A stretch of DNA of 64,000 nucleotides from positions 992,001 through 1,056,000 of the forward strand of contig CAXXDV010000001.1 of assembly GCA_963674745.2 (NCBI GenBank), in the 5' to 3' direction. Both the position numbers and the translations under genes were made by a program. This DNA comes from Desulfosudaceae bacterium (GTDB taxonomy: Bacteria > Desulfobacterota > Desulfobacteria > Desulfobacterales > Desulfosudaceae). The notes under the pieces were generated by a model, which was not told the origin of the DNA, did not search any database, and was given only the letters and a program-made list of their open reading frames with translations. Positions 48,558 to 60,380 of this stretch are shown here, one piece after another (the first letter of the stretch is position 1; each line of letters begins with the position of its first letter).

Positions 48558-50906
48558 TTAGACGGCAAGACTGCTTCGGGCGATGATCTCGTCTTTCATC
48601 CGGGGAGAAAGGTCATTGAAATAGGCGGCATATCCGGAAACACGCACCATCAGATAGGGGTGCAAAGAAGGGTTGTCCCGGGCTTGCCGCAGGGTTTCAG
48701 GGTCGAGCATATTGGCCTGCACCTGCATGCCGCCGCGATCAAAATATACACGGAAAATACTGCCCAAAGCGTTCTGGCCGGCCGCGTCCCGCATGTTTAA
48801 GGCATTAAATTTAATGTTGAAATTAATACCGTTGGCCGTTCCGGTAAAATCAAGGCGGTTCATGGAGTTGACCAGGGCCGTGGGACCCTTCCGGTCCATG
48901 CCGTTTTCCGGGGCAATGCCCGAGGCAAAAGGCTCTCCCCGCCGGCGTCCGTTGGGCAGGGCGCCCACAAAACCGGCAAAATGGATGTGGGTGGTATTGG
49001 AGTAGAGACCGGCCGTGTAATTACCCCCGCGGGTGTTTTTGCCCAGGCCGTTTATGGCATCGATATAATCGTCCAGTACGAAACGGGTCCATTGATCCGC
49101 TTCGGGAGCATCGTTGCCGAATTTTTCCAGTCGGCGCAACGTAACCCGTACCTTTTCATCGGCCAGATCCGCCCGGAGACGCTCCACCAGATCGATCAGC
49201 GCCATGGATTTATTGATAAATACTATATTTTCAATAGCATAAAGGGAATCACCGACAGTGGTAATGCCCACGCCCTGGATGCCGGAAAAATTATAAACCG
49301 CCCCGCCGGCCGTAGAATCAACCCCTTTCTCCAAACAACCGTCAATGAGCATGCTGGTCAGCGGCGTGGGATGAAAGGCGGCATGAGCCCGTTCAACCGC
49401 CTTAAGATCGATTTTCAGTTTATCCAGCTGGTGCCGGAGCTGGGTTTTATAGGCCGCAGCCACGTCGTTCATGGTACGCATTTGTGAAACCGGCGGCGTA
49501 ACCGCGCCCAGACGTTTTTTTACGCCGAACTGTCGTCCCTGATTCAAGGCCAGTTCCAGGGCCAGGGGCATGTTGATGATGGCGGCGTCGGTCGATCCCA
49601 GGGTTTTTCCCTGGGAAGTGGGCTCCACACACCCGATGGCCGTATAGTTTCGGGCATCGGTCAGGTTATAGCCGGCCTTGAGCATGGCGGCGATAATAAT
49701 TTCATCATTATACAGGGCCGGGGCGCTGCCGGTACCGGTGGATACCCGCACCACCTGATCGTAAAAATCCGGCGGCGTGTTCCTGTGCAGGCGAATGTGG
49801 GAATTGGGCTGCCGCATGCGCAGTTCGTCGATAAGTTCGAGCAGGATAAAGCTGAGTTCGTTGGTGGTATCGTCTCCGTTTTCATCTACACCGCCGATGG
49901 TGACAACCTGGTAACTGGTCAACCCCCCCAGAGTTTTGGCCAGGGTTTGGGGAAAGGCGGGCACGGTTTCATTCAGTTTGATACAAAAGGCCGCCAGGAT
50001 CTCCTTGGCCTGTTCCCGGGTCAAGCGGCCTTCGGCCACGTCTTTCTCATAAAAGGGAAACAGAATCCGGTCCAGGCGGCCCACGCCGAGGCTTTCGCCC
50101 AGGCTCTCCTGAAACATGGTGATGTGGACCAGCAGAATCGATTGCACGGCCTCGAAAAAGGTCCGGGCGCCAAAGCGGGGGACCTGCCGGCAGGCCTGCG
50201 CGATGCGTTCAAGTTCGTTTCTCCTTTGCGGGTCAGTCTCGGAACCGGTCATTTTTTCTGCCAGATCGGCGTACCTTTGGGCAAAATCAATCAGGCCAGA
50301 AGCCGCAATCTCCGCAGCCTGGTAGAATTGATGCTGCTCCGGCCTGCCGGCCTTTTCCTGAAAAGCCCGGGCTTCTTTTAAATACCCGTCCAGACCGATG
50401 GCCAGAATTTTATCATGATTCGGTGTCAAGTGCGAAATACCGCCTGTTTCATAGATCTGATACTGGTTGGCGGTTAATTGACCCCTTAAAAAACGGAACC
50501 GGTCTTTCATGGTGTCAAAAGCCTGCCAGACAATGTTTTTCGTCAACCAGAAGGGAATGGTGGCAAAAAGCTTCCAGCGATCAGCCGGGGTAGTTTCCAG
50601 GGGGTTGAGGTCGCGTTTATGAAAAGTGAAGATTTCGGCCAGCACACTCAACCCGTGTGATTCCGGGTAGATGATGCCGCCAACCCGCCGGGAGGTGTAG
50701 TTGCCCACGACAAGTTCATGGGGATAAATATTAATGCTTTTATTTTCCAGCACATGACGGACCGCTCCGGAAATTCTGACAACCGCGGGTTTTTTCCAGT
50801 GGGCCTTTTTTTTGAAATATTCCGTCCAGAGCAGGGCCCGTTCGGGACAGATACCGGGCACGGCGGATTGAACGGCTTGCTTTAACCGGTTGATACGGTC
50901 TTCCAT
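48558..50906 (-). CDS. Glycyl radical enzyme (PFL2/eliminase type, unknown substrate)
   Basis: GCVEP Cys loop and RVSGY Gly loop; probable ATG at 50906. Confidence 0.92.
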   Translation of the reverse strand: MEDRINRLKQAVQSAVPGICPERALLWTEYFKKKAHWKKPAVVRISGAVRHVLENKSINIYPHELVVGNYTSRRVGGIIYPESHGLSVLAEIFTFHKRDLNPLETTPADRWKLFATIPFWLTKNIVWQAFDTMKDRFRFLRGQLTANQYQIYETGGISHLTPNHDKILAIGLDGYLKEARAFQEKAGRPEQHQFYQAAEIAASGLIDFAQRYADLAEKMTGSETDPQRRNELERIAQACRQVPRFGARTFFEAVQSILLVHITMFQESLGESLGVGRLDRILFPFYEKDVAEGRLTREQAKEILAAFCIKLNETVPAFPQTLAKTLGGLTSYQVVTIGGVDENGDDTTNELSFILLELIDELRMRQPNSHIRLHRNTPPDFYDQVVRVSTGTGSAPALYNDEIIIAAMLKAGYNLTDARNYTAIGCVEPTSQGKTLGSTDAAIINMPLALELALNQGRQFGVKKRLGAVTPPVSQMRTMNDVAAAYKTQLRHQLDKLKIDLKAVERAHAAFHPTPLTSMLIDGCLEKGVDSTAGGAVYNFSGIQGVGITTVGDSLYAIENIVFINKSMALIDLVERLRADLADEKVRVTLRRLEKFGNDAPEADQWTRFVLDDYIDAINGLGKNTRGGNYTAGLYSNTTHIHFAGFVGALPNGRRRGEPFASGIAPENGMDRKGPTALVNSMNRLDFTGTANGINFNIKFNALNMRDAAGQNALGSIFRVYFDRGGMQVQANMLDPETLRQARDNPSLHPYLMVRVSGYAAYFNDLSPRMKDEIIARSSLAV

Positions 50907-51098
50907 GAAAAGAATCCTTGTCCCCGAAGCTGATTTTTCGTTGTCGGGTTTGATTAAGTGGCTAAAAGAACACAGCAACATGATCATACACAATTTATGA
51001 TGTGTTGACAATATGTTAAAAGGTATTAAGTTGTAAATATAAGAAAAACAGTAGGAAATCATTATCGGACCGAAACCGACCTTTAGGAGAAACGAATT

Positions 51099-51269
51099 AT
51101 GAAAGAATTGCTGATTATCTTCGCCATAGTGGGCGCGTATCTGTTATTGCAGCTCGTCATTCTGCCCAAAATGGGTATATCCACCTGAATGCGGTCTGCC
51201 TGTCAGTTGACAGATCAGAAAAACGAAACAAAAAAAGACACGAAACCGGCAGAAACGGTTAGAGAGTAA
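51099..51269 (+). CDS. Candidate small membrane selenoprotein (56 aa, in-frame UGA at codon 30)
   Basis: AGGAG RBS; MKELLIIFAIVGAYLLLQLVILPKMGIST-UGA-MRSACQLTDQKNETKKDTKPAETVRE-TAA, ending 5 nt before copZ; SECIS-like hairpin after the UGA. Confidence 0.7.
51195..51219 (+). promoter_or_regulatory. Putative bacterial SECIS element
   Basis: UCUG-C-CUGUC-[AGUU]-GACAG-AU-CAGA; apical loop 16 nt after the UGA with G at loop position 2 followed by U. Confidence 0.6.
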
Positions 51270-51274
51270 AAAAT

Positions 51275-51478
51275 ATGGAAACACAAACCTTCACCATACC
51301 CAATATATCCTGCGGGCATTGCGTCATGACCATTAAAAACGAGCTTCTGGAACTTGACGGCGTCAAACAGGTCGAAGGCGATGCTGATACCAAAGCCATT
51401 ACCGTTAAGTGGGATGCGCCGGTTGATCGACAGAAAATTCTCGATCTGCTGCGGGAAATCAATTACCCGGCCGACTAA
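51275..51478 (+). CDS. copZ: Copper chaperone (HMA domain)
   Basis: ISCGHC, 67 aa, upstream of the Cu-ATPase. Confidence 0.9.
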   Translation: METQTFTIPNISCGHCVMTIKNELLELDGVKQVEGDADTKAITVKWDAPVDRQKILDLLREINYPAD

Positions 51479-51499
51479 TGAATTGTAGGGACGGCCCCC

Positions 51500-53740
<2,241 letters not shown>

Positions 53741-53783
53741 CCGGGTAATTGAAGTCCTTCCTAATAATTGTTAAGGTGGTTAA

Positions 53784-53867
53784 GTGATTATGTGTTTATG
53801 TGATTATGCGGTCGGGGTTTGAGTGTTTAACGGGTTAAACCTTGACCCCTTGAATCCTTGAACCCTT
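53784..53867. repeat. Degenerate 8-nt tandem repeats in intergenic region
   Basis: gtgattat/gtgtttat/gtgattat and ccttgacc/ccttgaat/ccttgaac/cctt. Confidence 0.55.
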
Positions 53868-53886
53868 TTTGTAAAAGGAGAAGATA

Positions 53887-55035
53887 ATGGCCAAACGAAT
53901 TCTGCGGACCCCCTTGTGTGACATGCTGGGCATTGAATACCCGATTATCAGTGCGGGTATGGGACCGACCCTGATCGGGGAGCCCAACGGCGCGCCGGTG
54001 GAACTGGTAGTGGCGGTATCCGAGGCCGGCGGGCTGGGCGTTCTGGGCGGCGCCGGGTTTACCCTGGAAGAATTGCGGGCGGCCATCGGAGAGATCAAAT
54101 CCAAAACCGACAAGCCCTTCGGCGTTGACCTGCTGCTGCCCAAAAACCTGCCCGGCGGGGGTATGGCCGGTGGCGGTGACCTGACACTGGGCCAGGTGGT
54201 CGAGATGCTGCCGCCGGAGCACCTGGAGTGGTATCGCAAAATAGCGGAAGAGATGGACTTTCCGCCGCTGGATGACATGAAAGTCCCTACCGATACCACC
54301 ACCATGAACCCAAAAGAGGCCGTGGCCATCTGCATTGAAGAAAAAGTTCCCCTGTTCGCGGCCGGCCTGGGTGACCCCGGCTTCATGGTGGAAGAGGCCC
54401 ACGCGGCCGGCATGAAAGTGCTGGGCGTGGTCGGCAACGCCAAAAACGCCGGTCGGATCGCCCGCTCCGGCGTGGACCTGGTGGCCGCCCAGGGACATGA
54501 AGGCGGCGGACATACCGGCCGGGTAGGCACCATGGCCCTTCTGCCCCAGGCCATTGACGCGGCTCATCCGGTGCCGGTGCTGGCCGCCGGCGGAATCGGC
54601 GACGGCCGGGGACTGGCCGCGGCACTGGCCATGGGCTGTATCGGCGTCTGGGTCGGCACGCGCTTTCTGGCCACCAACGAGGGCGGCGCCATGGAACTGT
54701 GCAAACAGAAAATCCTTTCTTCAACCGACGAAGACACCCGGGTCAGCAAACTGTTTACCGGAAAGACATCCCGGGCCAACGTGACCCGGTTTCATGAAGT
54801 CTGGGATTCATCCGGTCTTCCCGCCCTGCCTTTTCCGTTCCAGGTGCTGCTGGCCTCCGCCCTGCTGGCAGGGTTTGTCCGGTCCGGTCATGATGATTAT
54901 GTCAGCGGCTTTGCCGGCCAGGTTTCGGGACTGATTCATGACATCAAACCCGCCGCACAGGTGGTGGAAGAGATGGTGGAAACGGCGGCCGACATTCTGG
55001 CCCGGAAACTGCCGGAAACGGTTACGGCGCAGTAA
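53887..55035 (+). CDS. Nitronate monooxygenase / FabK-like flavin oxidoreductase
   Basis: AVSEAGGLG, AQGHEGGGHTG, AAGGIGDGRG, VGTRF. Confidence 0.9.
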   Translation: MAKRILRTPLCDMLGIEYPIISAGMGPTLIGEPNGAPVELVVAVSEAGGLGVLGGAGFTLEELRAAIGEIKSKTDKPFGVDLLLPKNLPGGGMAGGGDLTLGQVVEMLPPEHLEWYRKIAEEMDFPPLDDMKVPTDTTTMNPKEAVAICIEEKVPLFAAGLGDPGFMVEEAHAAGMKVLGVVGNAKNAGRIARSGVDLVAAQGHEGGGHTGRVGTMALLPQAIDAAHPVPVLAAGGIGDGRGLAAALAMGCIGVWVGTRFLATNEGGAMELCKQKILSSTDEDTRVSKLFTGKTSRANVTRFHEVWDSSGLPALPFPFQVLLASALLAGFVRSGHDDYVSGFAGQVSGLIHDIKPAAQVVEEMVETAADILARKLPETVTAQ

Positions 55036-55166
55036 TATGCGACGCACGGTCAGGTGATTGTCGTAATATCTGACAACTTTAACCCACAAAGAGGAACGTA
55101 GTTGAAAAAAACAATAAAAAAAGGTATACTACAGACTCATATCAACAATTGAGGAGAGACGTTTCG

Positions 55167-55490
55167 ATGAACCTGCAGCAATTCTGGTTAAAGCATTATT
55201 CCCCTGACAACCAGCAGATCAACATTGCTTCCAATAACGGCAGCCCCTACATGTGGATGCGCAAAACCGCCGAATGGGTTTACCTGGCGGATGAAAACGG
55301 TGATTTCCGCGCAGCGAAAAAAGAAGAAAGCCTTTTCAAAGTGATTACGGAATGGCTGAACGCCATCAGGGCTGATCAGAAAAAGCTGAATGACTTAAAA
55401 CACGATGTAATTAAAGACAATATCATCTTCGACCCGGACCGGGGCCGCTGGTCTTATAAAGGGGCGCCCGACGGTGAAACATCCCGTTAA
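55167..55490 (+). CDS. Hypothetical protein
   Basis: GAGGAG RBS before ATG 55167; no recognised domain. Confidence 0.6.
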   Translation: MNLQQFWLKHYSPDNQQINIASNNGSPYMWMRKTAEWVYLADENGDFRAAKKEESLFKVITEWLNAIRADQKKLNDLKHDVIKDNIIFDPDRGRWSYKGAPDGETSR

Positions 55491-55578
55491 TCAATAAAAT
55501 GTTCCTCTATCAGACTAATCTGGCGGACCAATCCGGCGAACGAGTCCGTGTTTTAACACCTGCCGGCTGACCTTCCTT

Positions 55579-56877
55579 ATGGATGTTGTTACCACGCACA
55601 ATTCCAGTGATTTTGATGCCCTGGCCTCTCTTACCGCGGCCGGTATCTATTATCCGGATGCCAGGTTGATACTGCCCGGCCGCATCAATCCCAATGTTCA
55701 GGCCTTCCTTTCTTTTCACAAAGACCTGTTCGACTTTCCGTCATTTAAGGATATCGATCCGGAAGCCATTACCCGACTGATTGTGGTGGACACCAACCAG
55801 TGGAAAAGGCTGGACCGGTTGAACTGTCTGGCCCAAAAACAGGACCTTGATATTCATGTCTGGGACCATCATGATATCCCCTCGGATATGGCCGCCAGCC
55901 AGGTCCGCCAGGAAACCACCGGCGCCTGCACCACGTTGTTTATGGAAGTTTTTGAATCCCGCGGTATCGAACTGACGCCCATCCAGGCGACGCTTTTTCT
56001 GGCCGGTATCTATGAAGACACGGGCAACCTGTCCTTTCCGTCCACAACCGCCAGGGACGCAAAGGCCGTCGCCTACCTGCTGACCCGGAAAGCGGATTTG
56101 AATGTGCTGGGTAGTTTTCTGCGCCCGGCATATGACGTGCGGCAGAAAGACGTCCTTTTTGAAATGCTTCAGAAAGCGGAACGCATCAATATCGGCGGTT
56201 ACCGGGTAAGCATTTGTGAAATGGATATCAAGGGGCATACTCACGGTTTATCCCTGGTGGTTCATATGTACCGCGACATCCTGAACGTGGATGCCGCCTT
56301 TGGCATATTTAACGACCCTGAAAAAAAACGATGCGTTATCATTGCCAGAAGCGGTGTGGACGCCCTGGACGTGGGACAACTCATGCGCATCATGGGCGGC
56401 GGCGGGCATCCGGCGGCCGCCTCGGCCCTTTTAAAAGACGTCAGCGCCACCGGTGTCAGGGAGTGGATACTGGAACTGATCCGGGATAACCGGCGGTCCT
56501 CAATCCATATCGGGGACATCATGTCTTTTCCCGTCAAAACCATTATGGCCGCAACCAGCATGAAAGAAGCCGCCGCCATTTTGAAAGAGAACCGGGTTTC
56601 GGGCATGCCGGTGGTGGAAAACGGAAAAATGGTCGGGATTATATCGGTACGGGACATCAATAAAATCAGGAAAAAATCACAATGGCAGGCGCCGGTCAAG
56701 TCGTTCATGGCCACCAACATCATCACCGCCCCGCCGGATATGACCGTACCCAAAGCCGCCCGGCTGCTGGTCAAACATGATGTGGGACGTCTTCCGATCC
56801 TCAAGAATGACGAACTGATCGGTATTTTCACCCGCTCGGATGCGATGCTCTACTACTATGACCAAATGCCCGACTAG
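55579..56877 (+). CDS. DHH/DHHA1 phosphoesterase with C-terminal CBS pair
   Basis: THNSSDFDA, VVDT, DHH, EDTG, GGGGHPAAAS, two CBS domains. Confidence 0.88.
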   Translation: MDVVTTHNSSDFDALASLTAAGIYYPDARLILPGRINPNVQAFLSFHKDLFDFPSFKDIDPEAITRLIVVDTNQWKRLDRLNCLAQKQDLDIHVWDHHDIPSDMAASQVRQETTGACTTLFMEVFESRGIELTPIQATLFLAGIYEDTGNLSFPSTTARDAKAVAYLLTRKADLNVLGSFLRPAYDVRQKDVLFEMLQKAERINIGGYRVSICEMDIKGHTHGLSLVVHMYRDILNVDAAFGIFNDPEKKRCVIIARSGVDALDVGQLMRIMGGGGHPAAASALLKDVSATGVREWILELIRDNRRSSIHIGDIMSFPVKTIMAATSMKEAAAILKENRVSGMPVVENGKMVGIISVRDINKIRKKSQWQAPVKSFMATNIITAPPDMTVPKAARLLVKHDVGRLPILKNDELIGIFTRSDAMLYYYDQMPD

Positions 56878-56918
56878 CCCGATATTTATCAAGTCACCAT
56901 GAACGTTTCTGCTATGTT

Positions 56919-57049
56919 GTAGGGGCACCCCCCTGTGGGTGCCCTTTTCCCGGGCAGGCACGGGGGCCTGCCCCTACAGTATTCATAAATGCTCTCCACG
57001 ACCCGTAGGGGCACCCTTTCACCGGGCGACCACAGGGGACCGCCCCTAC
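56919..57049. repeat. Pair of REP-like palindromic elements (56919-56977, 57005-57049)
   Basis: Both GTAGGGGC...GCCCCTAC; the first is nearly identical to 7483-7541. Confidence 0.8.
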
Positions 57050-57079
57050 GACCTGAACGACCCCGACCGGAAAAACAAT

Positions 57080-57134
57080 AAAGGCACACCAGTTCGAATG
57101 AACTCAAATGCATCTGAACCGGTGTGCCTTTTTT
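57080..57134. terminator. Hairpin terminator between convergent genes
   Basis: AAAGGCACACCAGTTC...GAACCGGTGTGCCTTTTTT. Confidence 0.6.
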
Positions 57135-57159
57135 CAGGTGTTCTTTTTTTCAGAGGAGA

Positions 57160-57585
57160 CTACTTATTCGGGCCCAAACCACTCATGGTCGTTGACAGGC
57201 GGGCCTGGGCGCTCTGAACGTCTTTATCCGCCATGTAGGGCATGAGTTTCATAAAGGATTCACCAAACCTCCGGCCGACGTCTTCCATGTCTTTTTCCAT
57301 GGCCTTGATCTCTTCGGGAATGTTTTCCTGGTCTTTCAGTTCGGGATATTTTTCGCTCAGCTCTTTCATTTTCGGTACCAGTTTTTCCATACCATCAGCC
57401 AGTTTATTGATGGCTTTGGCGGCATCCCCGGCACTGGCGACTTTGGCCACATCGTCAACATAATCTGACATCAGTGCGATAAAATCTTTATTTGTTTCTA
57501 CCACATCCGAATATTTGCCGCCACACCCGATAACCAGTGCAACCAGACCCAGAATAACCATTGCCGACAGAATCGTTTTTTTCAT
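57160..57585 (-). CDS. Hypothetical lipoprotein
   Basis: MKKTILS...LVIGC lipobox; GGAGG RBS; helical body. Confidence 0.75.
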   Translation of the reverse strand: MKKTILSAMVILGLVALVIGCGGKYSDVVETNKDFIALMSDYVDDVAKVASAGDAAKAINKLADGMEKLVPKMKELSEKYPELKDQENIPEEIKAMEKDMEDVGRRFGESFMKLMPYMADKDVQSAQARLSTTMSGLGPNK

Positions 57586-57714
57586 TTTTTCCTCCAATAT
57601 GATTGATTATTATACATGTCTCATAAGAACGTCCAAAAATACAATAAAGCGGTTTGGATAGCAATAAAAGAGTTCTTGCTGATTTAATCCCTATCGAGAT
57701 ATTAAACCAACGGT

Positions 57715-59208
57715 TTATTTTTTAATCCGCCAGACACAGGCCTGACGGCGACCGGTCGGCGGAGAAATGGTCAGGCAGTCCGCACCCAGCTTTTTCTGAA
57801 GCATACCGCACTGACAACAAAAATAGGGCAGGTCCTGCCGGTTAAACGACCAGGAACGAGCTGCCTGCGTCCGACCCAGATTGTAGGGCTTGCGCTGGGT
57901 AAAATGATTGACCACCCGAGGGAATATGCGCTGTATTAACGGTTCAGGAAAGGGAAGCCGGCGGGCGGAAATGGTTATGGCGGTGGTCTCCACCTGCTCC
58001 CATGTTTTTCGCCACCGGCTCTGCGGGTCACTGCTTCCGGCCCGGATCAAACGCCCGCCGCTGCCGCAGGGAGACAAGTAAAATTCGATTTCCGTTTTGG
58101 TTTCTTTAATGCTGAACCGCCCCGGATAACGACCGGTGTGGTTACAATTGTCCGTACCGAAAAGGTGGGCAGCCAGAAAAGTCGTTTTCTCCGATACCGT
58201 CATAAGTTTGAGCTTATCCGAAAACTGGCTTAAAACACATTTTTCATACTGCCGCTCAAGGGCCTCTTCCAGTGCGGTTTCGCCCCCCTTTTCCCCGATA
58301 AACGTCAGCGTGGCGGCCAGCATGTTGACATACAAATCGTGAAGCACCAGAAACTCGTCTTTTACTTGTCGGCAAAGACGGCGGGCCTGGCGTAAATGGC
58401 TCTTTTCAAGCGCTTCGATGATCCTGTCCGTCATGGGCCTGGACATCTGTTCCAGTTCCCGGTCTGAAAAATATCGTCCCGGCCTGACGGCATAAGGACC
58501 GGCAGGCCGTGGTTTTCGGGCCACGCCCAGCCGCTTATAATAATGTTCGGGAATATCATCCGGGTTTTTGTAAACATGCCAGGCGCAGGTGTCATCCGGG
58601 TCTTTGATCGGGTCCACCGGCCACAACAGGGCCCCGTATCCGGATTCAAAAGGCAGTATTTCATTTAAAAACGCACAATGGATACAGTAATAAGGAAAAT
58701 TGTTCCTGTTAAAGGTCCAGGGGCGGGGTTGTGTCGACAACCGACCTCCACACCCCGGTTCATAGCGGCCCTTTTTCCACAAGCGCTGACCGCTGGCACA
58801 GGGGTGGAGGTAAAATGTAAATTTCTCATCATCTTCGCGGATGGAAAACCGGGCGGGATATTCCCCGGCACCGAAGCAGCTGTGGGCCCGCCAGGATTTA
58901 GCCAGCAGATAAACCGACAGATACGGCAACACCTGGGCGGCGGCGGCATCAAAAAACTGGCGTTGGGCGGAACCGGCAAAGACCTGGCGAAACATCGCTT
59001 CAACCGTTTCTTCGCCGAAGACATCCCCGACAAAGCTCCATAAAACCGTGCTGGAATCGGCAAAAAAATCGTGCAACAGGATCCGGGACCCGGCCATTTC
59101 CCGGGTCAGGGCAATGGCACCGGCCGTATCTTTCTGTTTAATACAGCGCGCGATCCGGTCCGGATAAGGGGTGGACAACGCCTCCCGTTGCGTTGAAGTG
59201 AAAATCAT
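57715..59208 (-). CDS. Hypothetical protein with two homologous Cys-motif domains
   Basis: LHD(F/L), PC(A/G)SG, W(T/S)FNR..PY(Y/F)C..C and C.W motifs each occur twice. Confidence 0.75.
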   Translation of the reverse strand: MIFTSTQREALSTPYPDRIARCIKQKDTAGAIALTREMAGSRILLHDFFADSSTVLWSFVGDVFGEETVEAMFRQVFAGSAQRQFFDAAAAQVLPYLSVYLLAKSWRAHSCFGAGEYPARFSIREDDEKFTFYLHPCASGQRLWKKGRYEPGCGGRLSTQPRPWTFNRNNFPYYCIHCAFLNEILPFESGYGALLWPVDPIKDPDDTCAWHVYKNPDDIPEHYYKRLGVARKPRPAGPYAVRPGRYFSDRELEQMSRPMTDRIIEALEKSHLRQARRLCRQVKDEFLVLHDLYVNMLAATLTFIGEKGGETALEEALERQYEKCVLSQFSDKLKLMTVSEKTTFLAAHLFGTDNCNHTGRYPGRFSIKETKTEIEFYLSPCGSGGRLIRAGSSDPQSRWRKTWEQVETTAITISARRLPFPEPLIQRIFPRVVNHFTQRKPYNLGRTQAARSWSFNRQDLPYFCCQCGMLQKKLGADCLTISPPTGRRQACVWRIKK

Positions 59209-59240
59209 GGGCTTTTCTTTTCATACCGAAAAACGATTGG

Positions 59241-60353
59241 TTATAGCTTATCGGAGATATGATGAACCAGCAGGTATGGATTGGTCTCCCCCAGGACCTG
59301 CAACACCTTGATATCCCGCATGGCCTTTTCCAGGCCGTATTCATGCATATAACCATACCCGCCATGAATCTGAATGGCGTCGATGACAATTTCAAGGGCG
59401 GCATCCGTGCAGAAGGCCTTGACCAGCGGTGCTTCGGGATCATGAAACGCCGGCCGCCATTTTTCAACATCCAGCAAATCAAGACAGGCAGCCGTTCCCG
59501 TATTCAGTTTCATTTGCATGTTTCCCAGAAGGCGCTGAATTTCCTGGTGTAAAATGATCGTTTGTTTGAACTGATAACGCTGACCGGCATAATCTTTCGC
59601 CTTATGAAAAGCCGAGCGGGCACACCCCATGGCCATGGCGGCCACAAACCCGTAAAAGGCCGTTTCAGCGGAATGCTTCATTTTTTCAGCTTCTTCTCCG
59701 GTTGCCAGAACGGCATCCGCCTCAACCCGGACATGATTGAAAACCAGACGGGTAAAGGCATTCATTTTCAATCCCGGCAAACGAAGCGGCTCTTCCCTGC
59801 CGACGCCGGCAGCCGTCGGATCAATCCGGACAGCGACCGTATCATCCGGGTTGCCGTTTTTGCCGGCAAAAACCATCACCGCGCCTGCCAGACCGTCATT
59901 TCCCGTGAAAGAACTTGTGCCGCTGACAACCAGATGATCGTTTTCCGATATACATGACAGCGGCTTTTCTTCACGTGTTGAGGGGAGGCAGACGGAAGTG
60001 ATCAACGATTGCCTCCCGTCCGGTCCGATCAGATACGAAAACCAGCTTTTAGCGCCGGCTGATGCGGCGGCCGCACAGGCGGCAAAATGACAGGCAAAAA
60101 CCGAGGCAAACCCGGCACAGGCTGAGGCCAGGCGTTCCAGCACCAGCGCCCCGGCCAGTAAATTCATACCGGCACCGCCCAGGTCCTCCGGAACCAGAAG
60201 AACCGGCAGATCAAGTCCGCCGGATTTATCCCACAACTGTCTGGCCGTATTTTTATCAGCGGAAAGATCAGCTTCCAGCGCGCAGGGCAAGACTTCTTTT
60301 CTGATAAACCGGTCACATTCGCTCAGGATTCCTTCGTATATGTTCGACTTCAT
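59241..60353 (-). CDS. Acyl-CoA dehydrogenase-like subunit (degenerate)
   Basis: RYQF and QIHGGYGYM retained; TEP..GSD and IYEG motifs absent. Confidence 0.85.
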   Translation of the reverse strand: MKSNIYEGILSECDRFIRKEVLPCALEADLSADKNTARQLWDKSGGLDLPVLLVPEDLGGAGMNLLAGALVLERLASACAGFASVFACHFAACAAAASAGAKSWFSYLIGPDGRQSLITSVCLPSTREEKPLSCISENDHLVVSGTSSFTGNDGLAGAVMVFAGKNGNPDDTVAVRIDPTAAGVGREEPLRLPGLKMNAFTRLVFNHVRVEADAVLATGEEAEKMKHSAETAFYGFVAAMAMGCARSAFHKAKDYAGQRYQFKQTIILHQEIQRLLGNMQMKLNTGTAACLDLLDVEKWRPAFHDPEAPLVKAFCTDAALEIVIDAIQIHGGYGYMHEYGLEKAMRDIKVLQVLGETNPYLLVHHISDKL

Positions 60354-60380
60354 ACAAAAATTCCGTATCCGCCGGTTGCG

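Noticed and set aside
48558..50906. Pyruvate formate-lyase (pflB) assignment
   Set aside because: It has a single-Cys GCVEP loop rather than the adjacent CC pair, and no pflA is next to it.
50907..51062. N-terminal extensions given by the ORF track (also at 8584, 15924, 38890, 41617, 61993)
   Set aside because: The extensions lie outside the recognisable domains and run through intergenic DNA or overlap neighbouring genes; downstream starts fit better, several with a clear RBS.
56919..57049. CRISPR array
   Set aside because: Only two unequal palindromic units are present, with no regular spacers and no cas genes; a REP interpretation fits better.
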